A stretch of 64,000 bases of DNA, taken from the NCBI GenBank assembly GCA_951406725.2, contig OX597817.1, positions 79,732,001 to 79,796,000 on the forward strand, written 5' to 3'. The notes under the pieces are model-generated. The model saw only the letters and a list, made by a program, of their open reading frames with translations, was not told the DNA's origin and searched no databases. Shown here piece after piece: positions 27,655 through 42,210 of this stretch. Source of the DNA: Octopus vulgaris (taxonomy: Eukaryota). The position numbers and the translations under genes are program-made. The stretch's first letter is position 1; every line of letters starts with the position of its first letter.

Positions 27655-28594
27655 CTCATATATGTACTCGACAGTCGACTTAATCTCAATCTAGTCCTTC
27701 AGTGCTTTTGCAGTGTCTTTTCTATATCAACTATTCAGACCACCAACGACACAGAAATATTTATTTCATTGATTCATCTTTTACTAAGCCTAAACGTTGA
27801 GTGTATGTTTCTCCCTTCCTTCTCTCAACCGATCTTTAAAGTCCTACAAAGACGTCGAAGATTTTGCCCTTTTTTCTTCTAACTTAGCCACATATTTCGA
27901 AATTGACTCTTGCCCTAGGCATATTCTCTTCGGCTGGACACGTATAATTAAGATGAAAGTTATGATATTGCTATAGTTGTCGCTACAGATCAAGCTACAT
28001 TATGATCATTAAGTGGAAAGTTTGATATTGTTATTGGTATAAATGAAAGAATCCTGGTTGAATGATAAGTGATTGGAATTCTAATCACTGACACTGATTT
28101 GAACTCAGAAAGTAAAGACATTAAGCAATAAATGATAGTTTTATATTTCAGTTTATGCAGTAAAGGCTGATTATTTCATAATTTATTTACCATGATGCTA
28201 GTGAATAACACTACTATACAAATTAGATCATAAAATGATGGAATATTAACGTAACAATTGTGAAATACCTCACACTTAAGTTTGAGTAAATATTTTCCAA
28301 ACAATTCCCTTCACCGTAGCATCTAGTTGTAAATAGGTTTTAAATTTGAAGTAGGGGTCCAAACTTGTACTAGTAGCCCACTTAAAGTTTAGTAGTGCAG
28401 TGGGTTCTTGGATTACCAGATCTTCAGACTCGGGTGTTGAAGATTCAAATTAACTGGAAAGCTACATTGTGTCCATGACTAAGGTATCAAAAGAACTCAA
28501 TAATTCAGTCTGGCTAACTGTAGATAGGTGCCACATAGAGTAGGGGGATCATCACTATAGGCACACAGTGACACATCAACTGAGTGGCAACTGA

Positions 28595-29190
28595 CGATGA
28601 TAATGCTAATACTTTTGATGATGACGACGACGACAACGATGATGATGATGATGCCAAGAGTGATGTAGTTTTGTAATTGTACTGATGGTGGCGATCTTGA
28701 TGGTGACAATAATGAAGACTACGGTAATGGGGAATGGTAGTGCTAGTATTAGTAGCTGTGGTGATGGTGATGATGATGATAATCTTTTTTTATTACCCAT
28801 AGGTAAAAGGCCTTGGATTTTAGGGGAGAGGGGTCAGTTCATTATATTGATCCCAGTTCCCGACTGGTACTTAGTTCATCGACCACCGAAAGGATGAATG
28901 GCAAAGTGGAATTGGATGGAATTTGGACTCAAAACGTAAAAAACGAACGAAATGTCGTTAAGCATTTTGTGATCGGTGGTGGCATTAGTTGGGTGATGGT
29001 GATGGTGCTGGTGATGACAATAATTTCAATGACGATTATTATAACGACAATCGTGTTGATAGCGTTGGTGGTTGTAGTAGTAGTGGAGTTCGTGGTAGTG
29101 GTACTGGTATTAGTAGTTATGGTGATGGTGGTAGTTGCGATAATGATGATGACTACGATGATGACGACAGCAACGATTATTATGACGAAA
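28595..29190. repeat. (GAT/GGT)n-rich tract interrupted by a SINE family B copy (about 28790-28970, minus)
   Basis: Trinucleotide mosaic; ccgaaaggatgaatggcaaagt...tcaaaacgtaaa matches family B. Confidence 0.65.
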
Positions 29191-29317
29191 GATAACAGAT
29201 TGAATCACTCACCCCCTACCCGGATGCACAAGAGTTGAAGATGATCCCTATTGAGAGACTCTAGCTCTGAAACATGAGGTACAAAATTAGATACTACAGC
29301 AACAACAAAAATAAACC

Positions 29318-29385
<68 letters not shown>

Positions 29386-30387
29386 GAAAAGCCTTTAATA
29401 AAAATAATAATAAAAACAGACATTTCTTTTCTTTTTTTTTTGAAATATAATCCATCAAATATGAGGCGAGTATTAATATCTGTTTAAACATATCTAGTGA
29501 AATATCATCGTAATGCGTAAAACAACAGCTAAAATTATTATTGATTGAAGTTTTTTTTAATAAATGTGTTAAAATAGAATATTTGAATTAAAATATTCTT
29601 CTACATTGTACTTTGTTTCATGTTAAATTGTTTTATATATTTATCATCTCTTTTATTATTATTTTTTTTGTCATCTTTACAACCGAACGTTGTTATACAG
29701 AAATAGAAGTTATAGACATTCCTTGACTATATAGCAATATATGAAGAGAGGACATATTCAAGGAAATTCCAGCACCTACCATATCCTCCGAACCGACATT
29801 AATGCCTTACCAAAAACCGATTAGATGATATTGCCACTCTTAAGAATTTTTTCAAGGAGACTTATCAAGAATTTTGACATTAAAGAAAATAAAAGAGCTC
29901 TTGGTTTTTATTTTGCTAAGTTTCTAAACAATATCTTATACGTTTCAAGGAGTTTTTGTCCAGCATCGTGTGGACTTGATGAAGCGGAAAACATTGGTTG
30001 TTGTGCTGAAAACTTAGGAAGAAAATGGATATCATGAGAGGGTCAGAAGAATCAAAAGCCAGTTGCTTGACTTAAATGTCACAGTTGAACCATGAGACTG
30101 TATACAAGTGGATGACATTTATGAAAAATCTCAGCATAATTATATAATTATAGACGTTCTCTTTATACATTTCTCTCTTGCTTATCCGAACTCCTAAACT
30201 AATTGTTAACATAAGAAATATCGTATTTTCTTGAGATGTTTTCTAATTGATGGGATTCAAATTTGTCTTTTGGGATAACAAAATAAAAAGTTTTAAACAC
30301 CAATAGAAACATTAAAAAAATATTTTAAAAAAGCTGTGTGGCTTTCATTTCAAAAAATTTCGATAATTTTAGCCTTTTTAAATAATG

Positions 30388-30447
<60 letters not shown>

Positions 30448-30449
<2 letters not shown>

Positions 30450-30662
30450 CCTTTCTACTGTCGGCGCAAGGCCTGAAATTTTGGAGGAGGGGGGTTAAGT
30501 CGATCACATCGACCCAAGTACTTGACTGGTATTTAATTTATTGACCCTGAAAGAATGAAAAGCAAAGTCGACCTCGGCGGAATTTGAACTCAGAACGTAG
30601 CGACGAGTGAAATATCGCTAAGCATTTTCCCCGGCGTGCTAACGATTCTGCCAGCTCACCAC
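30448..30662 (-). mobile_element. SINE family B, full length, with (TTA)n tail
   Basis: Head ggtgagctggcagaatcgttagca, B-box-like gagttcaaattcc; (AAT)n at 30381-30448 is the tail. Confidence 0.85.
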
Positions 30663-30715
30663 CCAATGTATCACACATGCACATATTTGCATACCTGTAT
30701 GCATATATATATATA

Positions 30716-31530
30716 TATTGGGTTGAGCAAAAGGTTCGTTCTTTTTTTTCCGTTGCACGTGAACACTTGTTAGATGCATGACATACCAACGTTGCTTGAC
30801 GCGAACTTGCGACGAGCAGTATCGATATGTCATGCTGTTATAATTTAAGAAAGATTGGAAAACTGCAGGAAACTGCAGGAAGGTATGTACTGTATATGGA
30901 TAAGTGGCTGTTACGGAAAGTGTGTGCCGAAAGAGGTTTCCAAGATTTCAATCTTGAAACTCTTCAGTTTAAGATGCATCTCGTTCTGGTCAACAAACTG
31001 AGATTAACAGTGACAAAATGAAGGAGTTATCAAACCCCGTTATGCGACCAGGAAGATCACAAATATTCTTCAAATGTCCAAATCAAGAGTTGAAAAGTAT
31101 CTGCATCAACTTGGTTACGTCAGCAGGTTCGATGTTTGGGTCTCACGTCAGCTGAATAAGAAGAATAAGGCCCAACGACTATCCATCTGCGATTCGTTGC
31201 AGATACACAGGGAAAATGATCCTTTTTTTTTAAAGATAATAATGACAAGGACACGAAAAATGGATCGTCTATAACAGTGTAAAGAGCAAATAATTATAGA
31301 GTAAGTGCGGTGGACCACTACCATCTCCAAAGAACGGTTATGCTTTGGTTTATTGTAAGGGTGCTGTCTGTTACAAGTTAGTTCTCACGAACAGGACAAA
31401 CTAAACGCAACTATCCATCCAGCAAAAATGTGCAGCACTTGCTAATCGTAAAAGCATTGTCTTTTAACACAACAAAGGCAGACCGCACAATTCTTAGCAG
31501 ACATGGCAGACGTTATTGGGGCTTGGTCTC
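30716..31530 (+). mobile_element. Mariner transposon fossil (5' TIR plus decayed transposase)
   Basis: Starts tattgggttgagcaaaaggttcgttc. Translation LHQLGYVSRFDVWVSRQL (WVPHEL-like), RLSICDSL...ENDPF and HNKGRPH (HDNARPH-like). Truncated by a SINE. Confidence 0.85.
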
Positions 31531-31833
31531 TTTGTCCGAACCACTACTGTATGAGAATGTAAACACAACACGTGCTGTTGAGCGGTGCTAGGAGACGAAC
31601 ACTGAACACAGCAACACACACACACACACATACACATACATACACTGATATACACACATACATATCTATATACGACGGACTTCTTTCAGTTTCCGCTACC
31701 AAATCCACAGACAAGGCTTCGGTCGGCCGGAGACTATAGTAAAAAGCACACTTGCCCACGGTGCCATCTGTAGGATTGAATCCAAAACTATATGGTTAGA
31801 AAACAAACTTATTACCACAGCCTCGTCTGCGTC
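31530..31833 (-). mobile_element. SINE family A
   Basis: acgacggacttctttcagtttcc...cacttgccc...accacagcc. Confidence 0.75.
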
Positions 31834-31876
31834 TATATTGTATATATATATTTATACATATGCATACGTGTATATT

Positions 31877-31946
<70 letters not shown>

Positions 31947-32699
31947 GAGACAGAGATAGAGATAGAGGGATAGATAGATTGATAGATAGATAGATAAATA
32001 TGCATACGCAAATATATATGTATATATATACATATATAATATTTACATGCATATATATATATGTGTATATTGACATATGTATACATATATGTGAGTATGT
32101 CTGTATGTATCGGAGTGCGTATTTTATATGTACATACGAATGCATGTATATATATTTACATATGCTTTTATATATACTGCATATATGTATGTGTATATAT
32201 AAGCATACATGTATATGTGTGTGTGTGTGTGTGTATCTATACACTTATACATACACGTTGATATATATGTATATATGTATAGATATATATATTGCCTTTA
32301 CTAAGGTAGAAACTTTTAGGACGATCTGATTAGTATCTATTGATCTCAGAACCTCATGGCAGAAAGAATACTCCTAATTTGCCCTCTGAGAGATTTGTAA
32401 CTTATCGTTGATTATAACTTATTGCTAATTATATTGTATATAAATTATGACGATGCTAATAGGTCACTCTCATTTGTATAAGAGTACATACAACCACAAT
32501 TGTAGATTAATTAATGCATAACGTATTAAAAAGTCTGTTTCTCCTTTTAAGAAATAGAAACATAAATTGAATTATCAAAAAAAACTTGTTTACATCAATC
32601 ATATAATTAACAATTATATGATTATCATATAATTAAGAGCTATCTTAAAATAAATAGATTTAAAAAGGTCCCACATGAAAACAATTATTACCTAAGATT

Positions 32700-33045
32700 A
32701 TATGATTTCAAGTCTTTTGCCTAGAATTATTTTGTGGGATGGGTAAGTCAATAACATCAACCCCAGTGATGTAAATGGGGAAGAAAGGAAGAAAGGCCAA
32801 GTCGACCACTTCAGAATATAAACTCTGAACGTAGAGACAAACAAGATGTCGCGAAGCATTTCGTTCCACCAACTCGTCGCCTCTGAATAAGATTATATAA
32901 TCGTTTTTATTAAATGTACAATGCTTGAAATTTAGACGAAGGGACGAAAGGCAAAGTTAACTTTGCTAAGAACGTAAAGACAGATGAAATGCTGCTAAGC
33001 ATTTCGGCCGGCGTGTTTAACGGTTCTACAACTTCTCCACCTTTG
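32700..33045 (-). mobile_element. Two decayed SINE family B fragments
   Basis: gaaaggc.aagt...gaacgta.agaca...gcattt occurs twice. Confidence 0.6.
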
Positions 33046-34315
33046 ACTAGAATTATATGACAAAAAGGAGTTTTGCTCTAATTTTAGTAAGAAAAGCCTT
33101 TCGGATTATAATATACTTGTTCACCCAGCTGGAACGTAGGATACTGGCAATTCTTTACGAATTTACACACTTCTTTTTAGAAGTATCATATCTCAGTTGC
33201 CAAAAAATGTGAAAAATTAAAATGGAGGCATCGTAATATTGCACTGCTTGATGAATAGATATTGGAGGACTGCGAGGGATCTCTAAAGACGTGATGGTTA
33301 TTGAAAAGGACACTAATAGGCTTTCCACTGCTGGAAAACCAATCACGCATCAGAACATATGAGACTCCGTGATTCGACCAGAACCAACTTATTTAACGTG
33401 GGTGTACTATGCAAAGCCCAAAAGCTACGGTATCCGTCTCGTGCAAGCATCTCGTATAGACGTATAATATTAAAATAGCACTTGAGTATTTTCGTAGCAG
33501 ACGAAAAGCAAAAGCGGTGGAATTGCTAAATCTAGAATTCTGCGTCTATGAGGGTCATATGTATCTGTGTATATATATACAGAGCGTGAGAGAGAGAGAT
33601 ATGTATACGTGTATACATACATATAAATATACATACATCTATGAAGTGCTTCTTTCACTTTCTATCTACCAAAATCAATTACGGCTTGTATGTGTGTGCA
33701 TGTGTGCGTACATGCGTGCATGTGTGCGTGTGTGTGTGCGTCCGTGTGCTTGTGTGTGTGCGTCCGTGTGATTGCATGTGTGCGAGAGTGTATGTGTGTA
33801 TTAAACTGTAGAAACGAAGGTGATGATACACCAGGCAATAATTTGATTCATATAGTCTTCACATTACTTGTCAACATAAAACCAAACCTTCGTGCGTGTA
33901 CAGAAAACCACGCCAATGCAGTTCAATATATAACAAGATCACTTGTCCTGATTGACATTATTCAGATACTGATAACATCATCATAAATGTCACAGTAAAT
34001 TAACAAACAAAGAGACAGTCTTGTTGATATAAACATTTCTAAGACAGAATTTCTTCAAGTCACCGCCTATTGTTCCTTAATTATTAAGACTTTCATCAGA
34101 GTCAACAAATTGGGGTGAACTCGTCGATTTCATACTCAGAAACTAATTTATAATTAATTAACTGATTAAACAAAAGTGACAATTTTAATTAAATTGCGTA
34201 ACGTTTTGAACGTAGCTATAATGCTTGTGTAAATATACCAATATATATACATATGTTTGTGGGGAGGTATGCTTGTAAATATAAATATAAAATTAATTCA
34301 TATGCGCTAACTTAA

Positions 34316-34348
<33 letters not shown>

Positions 34349-35389
34349 CAGGGTGTTCGGGTTAAATTTGACGATTATTTACGTTTCCTCTTTTCAGGAA
34401 AAGCATTGGCGAACAGTTCACGCCGTTGGCGGGCATACAGATTAAAATAAGTGGTAATTGAGAAAAATGTTCGACATGGAAAACTTGACGTCATTTGTAT
34501 ATTGGTTTCAAATTTTGGCTCAAGGCCAGCAATTTCTGGGTATGCTTTAAGTCGAACACATCACCCCTGGTGCTCAACTTGTACATATTTTTACAACCCC
34601 CGGAAGCATGAAAGGCAAATTCAACCTCGGCGGAATTTGAACTCAGAACGTAAACATGAACGAAATGTCGCTAAGCATTTCCTCGGCCTGCTAACGCTTC
34701 TGCCAGATCAGCGCCTTAAATCATTTGAATATTAGAAAAGAGTTAGCTGCGTGGCAACTTGGCAAGTGTCTTCTACTATAGCCTTGGGCCGACCAAAGCC
34801 TTGTGAGTGGATTTGGTAGATGGAAACTGAGGGTAACGTCATAGCACCCCACATCTTTGAGCAAGGCCTTAAGCTCAATTCAGACGGTTATGTGAAGCTG
34901 CCAGAGACTGAGGTCAAACACTTGCTACAGGGGATAGCTATTGGAAGGCTATATGCGAGGCAGCAGGATTAGACTCCTTACCATAAATCTGGAAAGAGTC
35001 AAAACCGGTTTCCGGAGAATTTCTACAACTTCGCCAGCCCAAATTTCTGGCCTCCGATTTCCACGATTGTAATCCCATGGATTAGTTTTTGTGAGTTGCT
35101 TTTGAGAAAGACACCAACCACTCTGCCTGAAACAGCAAGGTTAAGATAGTGACCAAGATCAAGGAGGTGTTCGAAAATCATACAAGGGACACAGTGAGGA
35201 ATACACGTGCCAGATTCCGGAACCGTCTTGAGGCCGCGCTGGTAGTTGAGGAAGGCTACTTCGAATAAAACTGTTATCTCCCAACCATAGACTAGTTGAT
35301 ATTTTTTAATTCTTTAAAATACTTTTATTTGAGAATAGGATATTGTCTCTGTTTTCTTTTGTTCAAACTGTTAGATTTAGCCCGAATGC
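34349..35389 (+). mobile_element. maT (DD37D) Tc1/mariner fossil with nested SINE B (34498-34717) and SINE A (34757-34830) pieces
   Basis: TIR cagggtgttcgggttaaatttgac after TA, and a degenerate inverse at 35368-35389. 34830-35268 translates EGNVIAPHIFEQGLKLNSDGY...QQD*TPYH...FWPP..DCNPMD, with 37 residues between the two Asp after correcting one frameshift. Confidence 0.8.
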
Positions 35390-35392
35390 ATA

Positions 35393-35748
35393 CTCTCTCT
35401 CTTTTACTCTTTTACTTGTTTCAGTCATTTGACTGTAGCCTAGTACTTATTCTATCGCTCTCTTTTGTCGAACCTCTAAGTTACGAGGTCGTAAACACAC
35501 CAGCATCGGTTGTCAAGCGATGTTGGACGGTCAAACACAAGCACACAAACATATACACACACATACATACATATATATACATATGTACGACGGGCTTCTT
35601 TCAGTTTCCGTCTACCAAATCCACTCGCAAGGCTTTGGTCGGCCCGGGCTATAGTAGAAGACACTTGCCCAAGGTACCACGGAGTGGGACTGAACCCGGA
35701 ACAATGTGGTTGGTAAGCAAGCTACTTACCACACAGCCACTCCTACGC
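35393..35748 (-). mobile_element. SINE family A, CpG-retaining copy
   Basis: Family A consensus with an internal deletion near the tail. Confidence 0.85.
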
Positions 35749-36284
35749 ACGTACATATTTATTTAGTCATTTCCATCTGTGATCATACTAAATATATATA
35801 CGCTGCTGAGATGCCGTGGTTTTTTGTCTGGGGGAAAATATTTTCTTAGATTTTCCCCCAGTCAAAACAATATAAAAAATATACGTAGGAAAGAGGTGAA
35901 CATTGTTGCAGTAATGAATCAAAAGAAAGATAGGCGCGATCCATCTAACCTACATTTTGTCAGAGCCGTGACGCAATCTGTCACCTATTAAGACAAATTT
36001 CTTGCTTTGATTTATAGCAAACAGTGAATGTTACCTTTTTTTGTATTCCGGAAAGCTTATCGGAATGCAAATAAAACGGAGAGCAACGTTACGGAGAGAA
36101 ACAAGTTCTTGATGTTTCCACTGAAGTCTGAATGTATAGTTGCTTGCTGATGTCATCAATCTGTGACAAAATCTTTTTTTGTCGTTTTACATGTATTTTT
36201 ACATCTGAACACAGTGATTTTCAGTTCAATTACTACAGACTCCCCCAATATTGTCACTATATATGTAACACTATGCGTATATAT

Positions 36285-36338
<54 letters not shown>

Positions 36339-36484
36339 AATTATAAATTAGGGTATCTACGAGATACCACCATGCTGAAAATAGCAGCCATGATCTGTCT
36401 CTAAAACCACCTTAATTGTTCATATCGCAAACACGAAGAGAAAACAAAGAGACAAGATGAAGCTAGTAAAAAATTACTGGATAA

Positions 36485-36541
36485 CTCTAGATCCCGGATT
36501 TCTGGCTTCGCATTTAGGAATGCTTTGCCTCGTCAGTAGAA
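36485..36541 (-). ncRNA. Type I hammerhead ribozyme, near-canonical, in a pLTR-like cassette (about 36340-36565)
   Basis: Minus strand: ttcta-CTGACGA-GGC...GCC-a-GAAA-TCCgGGA-TC-tagag. 5-bp stem I, AUC cleavage triplet, one extra A before GAAA. Confidence 0.7.
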
Positions 36542-36572
36542 TACACACAGAAAAGAAACATAAATACATACA

Positions 36573-37155
<583 letters not shown>

Positions 37156-37331
37156 TCAACTACTCAAATATTTATATATATATATATTAAACCTATATAT
37201 GTATAAATAATAAACCCATTCATTATATATGCACACACACGCACACACACATATATAAATATATATATATACATATATGTGCGTGGGTGTGTATATATAT
37301 ATATATAGATGCATTTGAAGAGAGAGGAAAG

Positions 37332-37364
<33 letters not shown>

Positions 37365-37387
37365 TACAGACAGACAGACAGACAGTC

Positions 37388-37464
<77 letters not shown>

Positions 37465-37674
37465 TAAAGATTCATATGTGCATGTTAAATTTCAGTCCAA
37501 TATTTCAAATTCCTAACTGTTTAACAACACCATTTGCAGAGAAACGTATAAAACGAAAGGGACCGCCATTTCAAGCGAAATAGTAACCAGCCAGCAGCAG
37601 TCACATATGAATTCAATTTGGGTATCAACCATTTTCCTTGATTATATATATATATATATATACACGTGTGTGTG

Positions 37675-38004
37675 TGTATAAAGTCACAAATGACTGAGAA
37701 ATAGCTTGATTACATTTTAATTAAAAATGACAAAATTGTAATATCAAGACAAATTGTTTCGTAATTTAAAAGCATGTAAATAATTTATATTATCATGTTT
37801 AATAATAAATAAATTACATGCATTATTTTAAAGGAATTTTGCATTTTGCATTAATGCAGGCATTTACTATTTACTATTAAATATGATAATATAAATTATT
37901 TACATGTATTTAAGTTACGAAACAATTTGTCATGATATTAGAATTTTTCTATTTTAACATGAAATTTCATCAAAGTATTTCTAAGTTAATTGTGACTTTA
38001 TACA
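37675..38004. repeat. Older fold-back element with ~140-bp inverted arms
   Basis: tgtataaagtcacaa...ttgtgactttataca termini. Both arms contain the HHR-like 3' half GAAA-CAAtTTG-TC. Confidence 0.75.
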
Positions 38005-38063
38005 TTCCTTGTCGTTTTCTCTTGTAGCGTATTATATATTCTATGGGTTTTATAGAATAATAC

Positions 38064-38092
38064 ATTAAAGAGCTTTTCTTATGAGTACCACC

Positions 38093-38142
<50 letters not shown>

Positions 38143-38165
38143 GGTGGTACTCATAAGAAAAGCTC

Positions 38166-38171
<6 letters not shown>
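38064..38171. repeat. Perfect palindrome: 31-bp arms around a (TA)n centre
   Basis: attaaagagcttttcttatgagtaccaccgg-(TA)n-ccggtggtactcataagaaaagctctttaat. Confidence 0.9.
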
Positions 38172-38224
<53 letters not shown>

Positions 38225-38230
<6 letters not shown>

Positions 38231-39201
38231 GTTGGCAACTAAGTTCCCGCATTTTTTAATTTAACATTTTAAAAGTTTTAATAAAAAATAACAACTAATT
38301 AATCAATAATGTATTCACCCTTGTTGTTTACAACTTCTTCCCAAAGTTCAACAAGATATTCAATACCTCGTTGGTAGACATCACCCGATTTCGACACGAA
38401 AAACTGATCCAACCAAGCTCTCAATTCTGCATCAGTATTGAATGAAACTTCGCGCATAACATTTGAAAGAGATCGTGCCAAATCAGGTGAGTAAGGCGAG
38501 TGTGCCAGCACTTCCCAGTCATGCGTTTAACTGGTTTCCTTGGTTATATTGGCGATATGATGGCGGGCGTGTTCGTGCAGCAGAAGAACTCCATGCTGCC
38601 AATTAGGTCTTTTCTCTTGAACAGCGGTGTCGAGTCGTTCCATTTGTTGACCATAGAGTTCTGCGTTGACCGTTTGGTTCCGTTCAAGCAATTCGTAATT
38701 CCCAGTCCCACCATATGCACAACATCGAGTGAAGATGCTTATCTATAGCAGTTTGTGAGCATTCCATTTTCTCTGCCAGTTCCCTTGTCGTTTGACGAGA
38801 ATTTTTGTGCAAAAGTTGGTTTAATCGCTCTTCGTCGAACTCAACTGGACGACCAGAACGAGGTGCATCTTTCAGGTCAAAATTTCCATTTTTTAACTTG
38901 GTTTACCAATCACGAGCAGTTCTTTCAGCTATGGCACCCTCTCCATACACAGCACAAATGTCGCGAGCAGCTTTTGCGGCCTTAGAACCTTGATTAAAAG
39001 CAAAAAGGAGGTGTCGAAAATGTTCGTTTTTCTTAACTTGACATTCCATTTTAATGATCTGAAGATAAACAAAAATTAACTAAAATAAGTTAGGAAATAA
39101 AAACAAAATAGATTCCAAAATGATTCAAAAACAGAATTCTCGTAAAAAAAAATAGATTCCAAAATTGAAAAAACGGCGGGAACTTAGTTACCAAACCAAT
39201 A
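38225..39201 (-). mobile_element. Mariner transposon fossil with both TIRs
   Basis: TIRs tattgggttggcaactaagttcccgc and gcgggaacttagttaccaaaccaata. Minus strand encodes WEVLAHSPYSPDLA and YQRGIEYLVELWEEVVNNKGEYIID*. Confidence 0.92.
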
Positions 39202-39743
39202 TAATATTTACCGGAAAGAAAAGGGGATATTGCATCGCTTCAGATTGTCTTTTAGTTTGATTTTCAAGTGCATGAGAGGCCTTTCAAATGACTTTCCTTT
39301 TAGGAATTAGCCAATGAGAAGTTAGTTTGGAATTCTGATATCGTTCATACGTGAGAGATGACCTAACAATCTAAGCTTCTCCTCAGTTCAAAGATTTGAG
39401 CAAAGTCGACCCTAAAATCGAGACCAACTTTGTGCAAACATGAAAGTAAGCTGACCAACTGCCGCTCCTCTAAATGAAAACTTTACATTTTATTGTGGTT
39501 TTGTGGCACGGGCCAATGTAAAACTTTCCTCCACTCAAGAAAACACTTGGTAAATGATCCTTAAGCACACGTGCACATGGAATTCTCAGTTTGTTCCATT
39601 TACCAAAAGGCTTGGTACAAGAAAACCTCAAGAGACAGATGCGTGTCCATACAACATGATAACCGTTTTATTTTACTGAACACTCATTTAACGTTCACGA
39701 CGAGAGAATCTAGAATGAAAATGGAAAAAAAGGTCGATTTCTG

Positions 39744-39838
<95 letters not shown>

Positions 39839-40050
39839 GAAAAAGCTGTAAAGTATAGTTTTATGTAATACACAGCAGCCTTGCAAATACCTTACACAAA
39901 GCTGTATTATATTATGTCCACCTCTACTGATATTTTCTCAAACATTTGTTATACAGAACTTTATGTACATGTATGTGTGTATGTATAGATAGATATGTAT
40001 ATATTATATATGCATATATATATATATATATATATGCATATATATATATA

Positions 40051-40104
<54 letters not shown>

Positions 40105-40114
40105 TATATATATA

Positions 40115-40162
<48 letters not shown>

Positions 40163-40680
40163 GTATGTATGCATACTACAAGAAAATTCTAACTAAAATT
40201 GAATTCAACATTATTTTATAGTGATTAAACTATCGTAATTTATTTATCGAAGATGAAATTTTGACAAGAATGACTGACTTTATCCTTTTTCGGTTTCTTA
40301 AAGTAATGATTAATATGGATAACATTACAATTGTACATGTTTGTGAGTAGGAAACGGCACAGAAATGAAACGCAACACCCTCTCTCCTCCAACACACACA
40401 CACATACACACACACACGCACACACACACACACATCTAAATATATATATATGCATGTATATCTGTGAGTGTGTGTGTGTGTTTTATGTGTGTATGTACGT
40501 ATGTAAGCATGTATGTATGTATAACATATGGATTCAGTTCAAGTACCGTGTAGGCCTACCAATCAGGAAATGTGAACATAATACTGTTTATTGACTAAGA
40601 TTTATTTGAGGAATCGGCAAGTTTAATATAATATATCCCACTTACCACCAGATTCATTTCTCGATATATACTCCATCTCC

Positions 40681-40712
<32 letters not shown>

Positions 40713-41301
40713 TACATACATACATACATACATACATACATACATACATACATACATACATACATACATACATGCATGCATGCATACATACATACAGGGC
40801 CTCTGCAAGAAATATGGTAAGGTGGAGTAAAACTGCTTCCGAGGAATGGAAGTTGTTGAGATATTCTCAAATTTCGTGATGGCTATAAGGTTTTTATTTT
40901 TACGGAAGTGCACATATATCATGTCCCTGACTGATATACCGATTGAACCCACCTTTTCCAAAGTCCACGTGTGTGGGGGGGAGGTTGTTGGGGTTGTTAC
41001 GAAAGTGTGCACCTAAGTGCCTGGTTTACAAGAAAAGGAATACTAAAAATACACCGTAAATACTAGATTCCATCAAGCTGCGCGAATTAATACATATTTG
41101 CACTAACAAGGTAAAAACGAGCGTATCTCTTAACGTATTTTTGCATTGTAACCTTAATTTTTGTCTCACCCATAAGACCGTTTAAATCATGTTGACAAAT
41201 TATGCAACGAACCGCTTTAAAGATCCCTCTAATATTTTAGTATCTCTGATTTGGAAATACCAAATGGGATAATCTTAGTGCTTACGAATCCATATATATA
41301 T

Positions 41302-41375
<74 letters not shown>

Positions 41376-41489
41376 GTGTGTGTGTGTGTATTATAAGCAT
41401 ACTATACAGCGCTTGTACATTCCGTGTACAGTTACATAATATTTTAAATGTCGGCATTGGACTGCCGGACAGTTATTTCATAAGTATTG

Positions 41490-41554
<65 letters not shown>

Positions 41555-41726
41555 ATACATACATACATACACACACATACATACATACATACACACACAT
41601 ACATACATACATACACACATACATACATACATACATACATACATACATACATACATACATACATACATTCCAATAAACTTACAAATTCCTTCTGTTATAG
41701 AATACATTCATAAACACCAACTCTAG

Positions 41727-42210
41727 GAATACTGGTGGAATATTCCCGCCGAAACCTTTGTGATATGCAAAGATAACAGGCCGGATATTGTTATTTGGGA
41801 CAGAGGGGAAAGGTATGTACCATCATAGAGGTTAGCTGCCCTACAGATATAAATATCTCTGCAAATCAAAGAAAAAAAAGAGGCTATCTATGGATAACTG
41901 CTTCGAAACCTCCAGCTTCTACATCTAGACTATGAATTCATATTCATACCAATAATAACTGGAGTGCTAGGTTTTGTTAGTAAATGCTTGAAGGAGAATC
42001 TGGATAAACTGAGATTTTCAGAAAGGGAAACAGACCGGTTGATTCGTACATTATAAGTCCAATCTGTGAGTGGAATAATAAAAATATGCAAGACTTTTCT
42101 CAAGTTCCAAATATGTATTTGTCTGAGCTAACTACATCCCAAAGATGGAGCCTTGTATCTTTGTTGGAAACCAGCTGCTTCCTCAGTGGAAGATTTATGA
42201 TAATTAAAAA
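41727..42210 (+). mobile_element. RLE-type non-LTR retrotransposon (R4/Dong-like) 3' fragment
   Basis: Translation EYWWNIP...NRPDIVIWDR...TIIEVSCPTDIN...FIPIITGVLG (with frameshifts) gives a PD-(D/E)xK restriction-like endonuclease motif. Confidence 0.8.

Noticed and set aside
34040-34105. Minus-strand CTGATGA-AAGTC...GACTT-GAAG as a hammerhead
   Set aside because: GAAA is altered and stem I does not pair; chance or too decayed to call.
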